NCBI GenBank assembly: GCA_965366325.1
Contig: CBDUFM010000015.1
Span: 1-12,761 of the forward strand
Length of the DNA: 12,761 nt
DNA from: an uncultured bacterium
GTDB taxonomy: Bacteria > Planctomycetota > UBA11346
Reading direction: 5' to 3'
Shown here: one piece after another, positions 7,047 to 12,761 of the stretch
How the letters are laid out: each line of letters opens with the position of its first letter
Numbering within the stretch: the first letter of the stretch is position 1
Translations under genes and position numbers: made by a program
Notes under the pieces: model-generated
What the model saw: only the letters and a program-made list of their open reading frames with translations
What the model was told of the DNA's origin: nothing
Database searches by the model: none

Positions 7047-7085
7047 TCAAGGCAAAACCTGTAGCCTCTGGCTAGCAAGGAGCTG

Positions 7086-8600
7086 ATGATGGCAGAGGCA
7101 CATACACAAATCCCCGAGCAGTGGCAGGGTTTATCAGAGCGGCCGAATATTTTATGGATCTGCACTGATCAGCAGCGTAGCGATACGCTAGGTTGTTATG
7201 GGAATCAATTCGTGCGCACACCTGCTATCGATAAACTGGCACGTGAAGGTGTTTTGTTCGAGCAGGCCTTTGTGCAGAATCCATTATGTACGCCGAGTCG
7301 CGGTAGTTTTTTAACCGGCCGTTATCCATCGACTAATCGTCTGCGTCAAAATGGTCAGCTGTGTCCCCCAGATATACGTATCCTGCCGCGGATGCTGGCC
7401 GATAAGGGCTATGTCTGTGGCTTGGCTGGGAAATTACATTTAAGTCCCTGCGATAAACGCTTTGAGAATACGCAAAGTAAATCCGACTGGTGGAAATATA
7501 AAAACGATTATTATTTCTGGGGAAGCGAAAAACGTATTGATGATGGTTATGCCGAATTTTATTGGAATCATGCGCCAGGAAGCGGATCAAATCAAAATTG
7601 CAGTGATTACAATCGTTGGGTACAAGAACGCGGCGGGGAGATAGCCTATCCTAAGCGCGATGACTGTCATTCTGTGTTACAGGGGATGCCTGATGAATTA
7701 CATCAAACCCGTTGGGCGGTTGATCACGCGATTAATTTTATGCAACGTCATGCAGAGACGGACTATCCGTGGATGTTTTCGCTCAATATTTTTGACCCGC
7801 ATCCGCATTTTGATCCCGAGCCCCAGTATTTAGAACGTTACTTAAAGATGCTTGATGATATTCCCTTGCCGGCCTATGTGGCTGGTGAAAATGACAGGAA
7901 ACCAGCGCATCATCAAAAAGCACATGGCGTTGCTGAATGGTCCGACCACGACAAAAAAATGATGGTCGCAGCTTATTGGGCCATGTGCGATCATATTGAT
8001 GCACATATGCAGCGTTTAATGGATGCCTTAGAGGCGAGCGGTCAGCGCGACAACACAATTATTATGTTTCATTCTGATCACGGTGAATTATTGGGTGATC
8101 ATAATAAATCACCAAAGGGGCCGTATTTATACGACTGTAGTGTGCGCGTACCTTTGATCATGTCGTGGCCGGGGCATTTTGCACAGGGCAAGCGCGTGCA
8201 GGGTTTGGTGGAATTAACGGATATCGCACCAACGATTAATGACATTTTGGATTTAGGCGAAGAGGCTTCGATGCAGGGCGAGTCTTTGTTGACGGTCTTG
8301 GAATCTGATGGTGATACCGCGCATGTACGCGAGAATGTGTATTGTGAATATCACAATAGTAATCCCCACGGCGGTAATCGTATTTACCTTAATATGCTGC
8401 GCACGGAGACGCATAAAATTATTGTCGCACATTCGACCAATGACGGTGAATTGTATGATTTACGCGCCGATCCCGGTGAGCACCGCAATCTGTGGTCAGA
8501 TCCCGATTATGCCGCTATTAAATGTGATCTCTTATTGCAGCTGAGCCATAGACAGGCATTTAGCACGGATCCCTTGCCACAGCGCGTCGGTATTTATTGA
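7086..8600 (+). CDS. Cys-type sulfatase (arylsulfatase / sulfuric ester hydrolase family), apparently cytoplasmic.
   Basis: Shine-Dalgarno AAGGAG at 7076-7081. The formylglycine signature C-T-P-S-R-G-S-F-L-T-G-R is present, as is the second sulfatase motif (…MFHSDHGELLGDH…). There is no N-terminal signal peptide. Confidence 0.9.
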   Translation: MMAEAHTQIPEQWQGLSERPNILWICTDQQRSDTLGCYGNQFVRTPAIDKLAREGVLFEQAFVQNPLCTPSRGSFLTGRYPSTNRLRQNGQLCPPDIRILPRMLADKGYVCGLAGKLHLSPCDKRFENTQSKSDWWKYKNDYYFWGSEKRIDDGYAEFYWNHAPGSGSNQNCSDYNRWVQERGGEIAYPKRDDCHSVLQGMPDELHQTRWAVDHAINFMQRHAETDYPWMFSLNIFDPHPHFDPEPQYLERYLKMLDDIPLPAYVAGENDRKPAHHQKAHGVAEWSDHDKKMMVAAYWAMCDHIDAHMQRLMDALEASGQRDNTIIMFHSDHGELLGDHNKSPKGPYLYDCSVRVPLIMSWPGHFAQGKRVQGLVELTDIAPTINDILDLGEEASMQGESLLTVLESDGDTAHVRENVYCEYHNSNPHGGNRIYLNMLRTETHKIIVAHSTNDGELYDLRADPGEHRNLWSDPDYAAIKCDLLLQLSHRQAFSTDPLPQRVGIY

Positions 8601-8699
8601 GGCGCTTGCATCTGTCGATGTCGAGCAACGAATCATGAACCTTGAGTAGCGCTTGCGTTTGCAGGGGGGTATCGGCATGCTGTGCCCTGTTTGGGGGCC

Positions 8700-10103
8700 A
8701 TGATGTTAAAAGATCACTTGCTGATTAATCACTTACTGCCGCAGTCTGTCGCCGTGTGTTGCTGTCTGTTTGTTGTGGCCTGCTTATCGAGTGGCGTCTC
8801 GATCTGTGCCGCTGAGACGCAGGCAGCGTTTCAAGCGTTTGCATTAAAAACCAAATTAGGGGCCGCAAAAACGACCTTTCGGGCCCAGTCCTTGGGTGCA
8901 TTGGCGCAGCCCGTAAGCGAAGAAATACAGATCGCTGATCTGTTGATGAAAACGTCACGCGATGAGAAGGGGGCGTTAGTCGTCGACTACGGCGCCGCGC
9001 GTCCAAAGACGTTGAAAAAGACAACGGTATTGAAGGTCGCGGTCTCTGATCCAGAAAAAGCGGGTAAAACTATTAAATTACAGATTGAATTTGCACGCGA
9101 CGCAGATGATCAATGGACCTATGCGAATAAAACCATTGTGGCGATCAGTGTGCCCGGACTTTCTGGGGCCCTGGCCCTTGTCGATGCGAATGCGAATGGG
9201 GTTTATAATGACGTGCGCGCCGATGGTCTTGCATGGCCCGGTCATCAGGTTCTATTCCCCTTGCCGACAGCTGGTGAATCGTGGGTCCTGCCGGGCATCG
9301 AAATTAAAGATTTTCAGCTAGGCTCGCTGGGGCAGGATGCGCGGGCCTCATTAAGACCCTTGGCATCGATTGCTGAAAATGGATTGGCGGTTTTAAATGG
9401 CGCGAATGCAGAGCGTGTGCGTTTGGGTTTAACTCCGCGACCTGAGTCAGCGGCACTGACCACTGCTATTGCCAAGCACTGTCATTGGATGGCATTAAAT
9501 AAACAATTGAGTCACCCGGAAAAAGCAGGGACGCCTGCTTATAGTGAGGAAGGGAACGCATCAGGTAAGCGCAGCATATTATCAAGTGGACGTGCGCCAA
9601 ATTTGGTTGCTGATGGTTTTGTGAAAACCTTGTATCATCGCTATGATGTTATTCGTGCTGATTTACTGGCCTTTGGCGTCGCCTCTGAATCTAACTATAG
9701 TGGGATTGACGGGCGCAGTGATTTACTGGCCGATGCTCCTGCGCATTGGTGGCCGATTTTATGTCCGATGCCCGAACAAGTGGGCGTACCCTTGGCGTTT
9801 AATTTGGAAATGCCGGATCCAATTGCTGGTGATAAAAAAGCAGGTTTCCCAATTACGGTGGTTTTTGATACGAATAAAACCAGCCTAAAATCGTATAGTT
9901 TAAAACAGGTGCTAAAGGGCAAGCTCGGCCCGGCGATTGAATGCTATACATTTGATGCCAAGGACAGTTTTGTTAAATTTGGTAACTCGGTTGCACTGAT
10001 AGCCAAGGACCCACTCCTGCCGGCGACGGTTTACCAAGTCATGATAGAAGCTGAACTTGCAGGTAAGCCATGGTCGAAAACTTGGGTTTTTCAAACGCGG
10101 TAA
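8700..10103 (+). CDS. Hypothetical protein, probably a lipoprotein or otherwise exported. Function unknown.
   Basis: A long ORF with a start at 8682, 8700 or 8703; a GGGGG run precedes 8700/8703. The N-terminus has a hydrophobic core ending in the lipobox-like V-V-A-C. It lies directly downstream of the sulfatase with no terminator between, so it is probably co-transcribed. Confidence 0.65.
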   Translation: MMLKDHLLINHLLPQSVAVCCCLFVVACLSSGVSICAAETQAAFQAFALKTKLGAAKTTFRAQSLGALAQPVSEEIQIADLLMKTSRDEKGALVVDYGAARPKTLKKTTVLKVAVSDPEKAGKTIKLQIEFARDADDQWTYANKTIVAISVPGLSGALALVDANANGVYNDVRADGLAWPGHQVLFPLPTAGESWVLPGIEIKDFQLGSLGQDARASLRPLASIAENGLAVLNGANAERVRLGLTPRPESAALTTAIAKHCHWMALNKQLSHPEKAGTPAYSEEGNASGKRSILSSGRAPNLVADGFVKTLYHRYDVIRADLLAFGVASESNYSGIDGRSDLLADAPAHWWPILCPMPEQVGVPLAFNLEMPDPIAGDKKAGFPITVVFDTNKTSLKSYSLKQVLKGKLGPAIECYTFDAKDSFVKFGNSVALIAKDPLLPATVYQVMIEAELAGKPWSKTWVFQTR

Positions 10104-10281
10104 TTATTAAATGCTTGACCTGGTGCCGTGCGCTGTGTAGAAGGCTTCTCAGATGAAACCAATAACGCAAACCCTTGTACAGCAAACGCAAGAGCGACGA
10201 CGCCGCCAAACTCTCTGTTTGGACAGGTGCCGTATGGTGTATTAGCATAATCTAAAGTCGTTATTCTAAAAATATTATACA

Positions 10282-10309
10282 AGCCACCTGTGCGCAGGTG
10301 GCTTTTTTC
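10282..10309 (+). terminator. Strong rho-independent terminator.
   Basis: Stem agccacctg / caggtggct with a tgcg loop, then TTTTTT. It lies about 180 nt downstream of the preceding stop at 10103. Confidence 0.8.
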
Positions 10310-10338
10310 GTGTTTAAATGCAAAGCAAAAATAAGAGA

Positions 10339-10788
10339 ATGAATATGTTAGTTACATCTATGCAGCTCAGAACGATACAAATCGAGGACTATGACGCGTT
10401 GTGGCAGTGCTGGAGCAATGAGCCTGGGATTGCCTTGTATGAATGCGACACGCGGCAAGGCATCGCCGCCTATTTACAACGTAATCCAGATTTAAGTGTA
10501 CTCATCGAGGTAGAGGGGGCGGATGGCGCATCATGCATAATTGGTAGTCTCTTGTGTGGGCATGACGGGCGGCGTGGTTTCGTGCATCATATGTGGATAG
10601 CGGCAGCGTATAGACGTCAGGGCTTAGCGGAGACCTTGTTTAAGGAGGCTTCTGCGCGCTTGGCTGCTATTGGCATTCAAAAAACCCATTTATTTGTGCA
10701 GGATGCAAATGGTTCTGCTCAGGAATTTTGGCATGCGATCGGTTGTGAGGAGCGGGAGGACTTACGCTTATTTAGTTTTAGCCATTGA
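10339..10788 (+). CDS. GNAT-family N-acetyltransferase.
   Basis: The acetyl-CoA binding motif A is present (…HHMWIAAAYRRQGLAETLF…). An AAGAGA Shine-Dalgarno precedes the ATG at 10339; the track start at 10318 overlaps the upstream terminator and is probably too early. Confidence 0.8.
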   Translation: MNMLVTSMQLRTIQIEDYDALWQCWSNEPGIALYECDTRQGIAAYLQRNPDLSVLIEVEGADGASCIIGSLLCGHDGRRGFVHHMWIAAAYRRQGLAETLFKEASARLAAIGIQKTHLFVQDANGSAQEFWHAIGCEEREDLRLFSFSH

Positions 10789-10805
10789 GTCGATTGCTAA
10801 AATAA

Positions 10806-11414
10806 TTACACACATTTTTTAATGGTGGAAATTAAACCAGCAGTCTTAAAGCGTGCATGCGCCGCATCGGCCTCGCTTTTTGAGACATTGATTAAAACCT
10901 TGATAAATGGTTTTTTGGTCATGGCCTCTGCTTCATCGTTGCTAATTGCAAGAATTTCAGCAATAATTTCAACGGCGGCGCTGCGTTGTTTGGGGTTGAC
11001 TATTTTCTTTAAAAATAAGTTGAATGTGGCGGCTTCTTGGGTGTCGTTGCCGCCGAGGCCGGTGCTCGCCAGGCTGGGGGCGGCATCACCGCCAAAATCA
11101 AAGCGCACGGTTTGATTGGCGACAAAGCTGGGGTCGCTGTTTGTTGCTGCTGGGCTGCTTTCTTCTTCGCCAAAAAAAGTATCGGCGAATTCACCCCATT
11201 CTTCATCGACGTGTTCGGCATTTTGCGCAGCGACGGCCGCATGAATGGATTGATCTACGGTATCCCAGGCCTTCATGTCGCCGGTGCCTTTGAAGAATTG
11301 TTGTGTCATTTCACGTACATTTGGGTCTGCAGGCTCCTCACCAAAGAGGGTGTCGAGCTTGGAATCAAGGTCTGCAAATTCATCAAATTGAGCATCAGGA
11401 TCAGGCGTGGTCAT
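10806..11414 (-). CDS. Acidic protein with a ribosomal L7/L12 C-terminal-domain-like fold at its C-terminus.
   Basis: The last ~70 aa (TFNLFLKKIVNPKQRSAAVEIIAEILAISNDEAEAMTKKPFIKVLINVSKSEADAAHARFKTAGLISTI) align by eye to the L7/L12 CTD (EFDVILK…KVAVIKAVRG…[23 protein letters not shown]). The N-terminal ~130 aa are highly acidic and carry repeated aromatic-acidic motifs (FDEFADL…LFGEE; WGEFADTFFGEEE). Weak Shine-Dalgarno. Confidence 0.65.
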   Translation of the reverse strand: MTTPDPDAQFDEFADLDSKLDTLFGEEPADPNVREMTQQFFKGTGDMKAWDTVDQSIHAAVAAQNAEHVDEEWGEFADTFFGEEESSPAATNSDPSFVANQTVRFDFGGDAAPSLASTGLGGNDTQEAATFNLFLKKIVNPKQRSAAVEIIAEILAISNDEAEAMTKKPFIKVLINVSKSEADAAHARFKTAGLISTIKKCV

Positions 11415-11600
11415 AGAGGTAAACCCAGTGCAGATTTCAGTAGCTGATTAGCTAGGTATTGTTCGAATTGGTCGAGCAAAGTAAGGCTAACAGGCTGCGA
11501 CTACTTTGGCAACTGCTTGCTATGTTTTGTGTGTGTATGGTGGGTCTTTATGCTATTGCTGTATGGCAAACAGCGTGATTGTGCAAGGATGAGCGGCAGA

Positions 11601-12749
11601 TTAGGCCTGATTGCGGGTCTTGAGGATGTCGCTGGCTGTGTCTGCTTCGACCTCGGTGATGTCCATGTCGTCTTCTTCGCTGACTGGCATCGGGATATTG
11701 AGGGCGAGGATGGTCAGGTCATCACCAACATCATTGTTGGAAAATTCTTTTACTTCGTCGGCCATGGCGCTAACGATGTCTTCGCTGGAAAGGTCGTAAT
11801 TCGCAAGCAATGATGCCATGACACGGAAGTGGCCATATTCTTCTTTGTTATCATCCATGGCTTCGATGATGCCATCTGAATACTGGAGGAGGCAGTCACC
11901 TTCGCCCAATTGAATAATGGTGACGCGTAAGCTGTTTCTAAATAATTTGCCCGCCAATCCCATGGCCATGCCTTTGAGGCCAACCCGTTGCAGGACGTTG
12001 GGCTTGTGCATGTTCATCAGGAGGCAGGGGTGGTGCCCAGCAAGGACGCATTGTAATTCATCGGTGTCCGTATCGAGTACCGCGGCAAAGCCGGTGATGA
12101 ATTGTCCAGACAGTAAATCATTTTTAATTTCGTCGTTTAATTGTGTCATTAAATCGACGAGATCGTGTGAGCTGCGAGCGAGCAGGCGCAGTGTTTTCAT
12201 AGCGCTAGCAACTACGAGGGCAGCTTGCACGCCGTGACCAGTGACGTCGCCGAGCATGATAAAATAGCGTGATTCTGTTAATGGAATTGCTGTGTAAAAA
12301 TCACCACTGACTTGGCTGTAGCCTTCGTAGTGAACGGCGAACTCATAGTTTGGAATTTCTGGAAGTGGGCCGAGCGATTGCGTTTGAATTTCCTGGGCGC
12401 GCTTTAAATCCGCGTCGGCGTGTAATTCTTGTTCGCGGCGTTGTTCGGCTTCTTTAACGACCTTGTCTTCTTGGACGCGACGTTGACGGAGCATTTCACT
12501 GAGGTCGCTGTCTTCTTTAAAGACACCCTGCGCGGCAAAGGGGCACTGACTTAAAATCGCAGCAATTTGTGCAATGGTATTGCGGTTGATATTTTTTTGT
12601 GGCGCGTTGACGTCGTCTTGCCATTGCCCGGAAAAGGGATTTAACCAACCGCGGCCATCTTTGCCAAATAGGCGCAGGCGTGGGTCGTGCGGAATCATGC
12701 GTTCCACATCAAGCGTCCAGCGTAAATGCAGGAGGCGCGACATCGGCAT
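11601..12749 (-). CDS. PP2C-family Ser/Thr phosphatase (SpoIIE/RsbU-type), possibly 5'-truncated by the window edge.
   Basis: PP2C motifs are present: SGDFY, GDVTGHGVQAAL, DGIIEA and DDLTILAL. The C-terminus is an acidic tail. There is no in-frame stop between the first Met (12749) and the window end, so the true N-terminus (a sensor domain?) may lie outside the window. Confidence 0.85.
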   Translation of the reverse strand: MPMSRLLHLRWTLDVERMIPHDPRLRLFGKDGRGWLNPFSGQWQDDVNAPQKNINRNTIAQIAAILSQCPFAAQGVFKEDSDLSEMLRQRRVQEDKVVKEAEQRREQELHADADLKRAQEIQTQSLGPLPEIPNYEFAVHYEGYSQVSGDFYTAIPLTESRYFIMLGDVTGHGVQAALVVASAMKTLRLLARSSHDLVDLMTQLNDEIKNDLLSGQFITGFAAVLDTDTDELQCVLAGHHPCLLMNMHKPNVLQRVGLKGMAMGLAGKLFRNSLRVTIIQLGEGDCLLQYSDGIIEAMDDNKEEYGHFRVMASLLANYDLSSEDIVSAMADEVKEFSNNDVGDDLTILALNIPMPVSEEDDMDITEVEADTASDILKTRNQA

Positions 12750-12761
12750 GCATTGTTGGTC

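Noticed and set aside
7333-8544. Small ORFs inside the sulfatase gene (7333..7590 -, 7462..7644 +, 7783..8058 -, 8308..8544 +).
   Set aside because: All are overlapped by the 504-aa sulfatase frame, which carries the diagnostic motifs.
10318-10788. The GNAT gene as a GNAT-type toxin (TacT/AtaT-like) of a toxin-antitoxin pair.
   Set aside because: There is no upstream RHH/DUF1778-type antitoxin. The only upstream ORF is a 30-codon Arg-rich peptide separated from it by a terminator, so an ordinary acetyltransferase is more likely.
10822-11447. Plus-strand ORFs 10822..11115, 11024..11293 and 11037..11447.
   Set aside because: They are antisense to the L12-CTD-like gene. The composition is Arg/Cys/Gly-rich, and the minus-strand frame carries recognisable domain similarity.
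1-12761. A CRISPR array, IS element or integrase.
   Set aside because: No regularly spaced direct repeats, no terminal inverted repeats flanking a transposase-like ORF, and no tyrosine-recombinase motifs were seen in any frame.

Overview
This 12.8-kb window looks like part of a marine-type gammaproteobacterial chromosome at about 50% GC. I call 13 CDS and one tRNA gene. Left to right: the 3' end of a possible polysaccharide-lyase-like gene; a roughly 1.3-kb AT-rich islet (about 40% GC) carrying a translationally coupled two-gene cassette on the minus strand, whose downstream product has a C-terminal R-N-x3-H-G (HEPN-like) motif; an SPFH/band-7 gene; a tRNA-Asn(GUU)-like gene with two non-canonical features; two small membrane-associated proteins; a sulfur module made of an IclR regulator, a cytoplasmic Cys-type sulfatase, a TauE/SafE (TSUP) permease and a lipoprotein; a GNAT acetyltransferase; and a PP2C (SpoIIE/RsbU-type) phosphatase upstream of an unusual acidic protein ending in a ribosomal L7/L12 C-terminal-domain-like fold. 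No CRISPR array, transposase or integrase is visible. The two observations I rate highest are the HEPN-motif cassette on the low-GC islet and the phosphatase plus L12-CTD-like pair.
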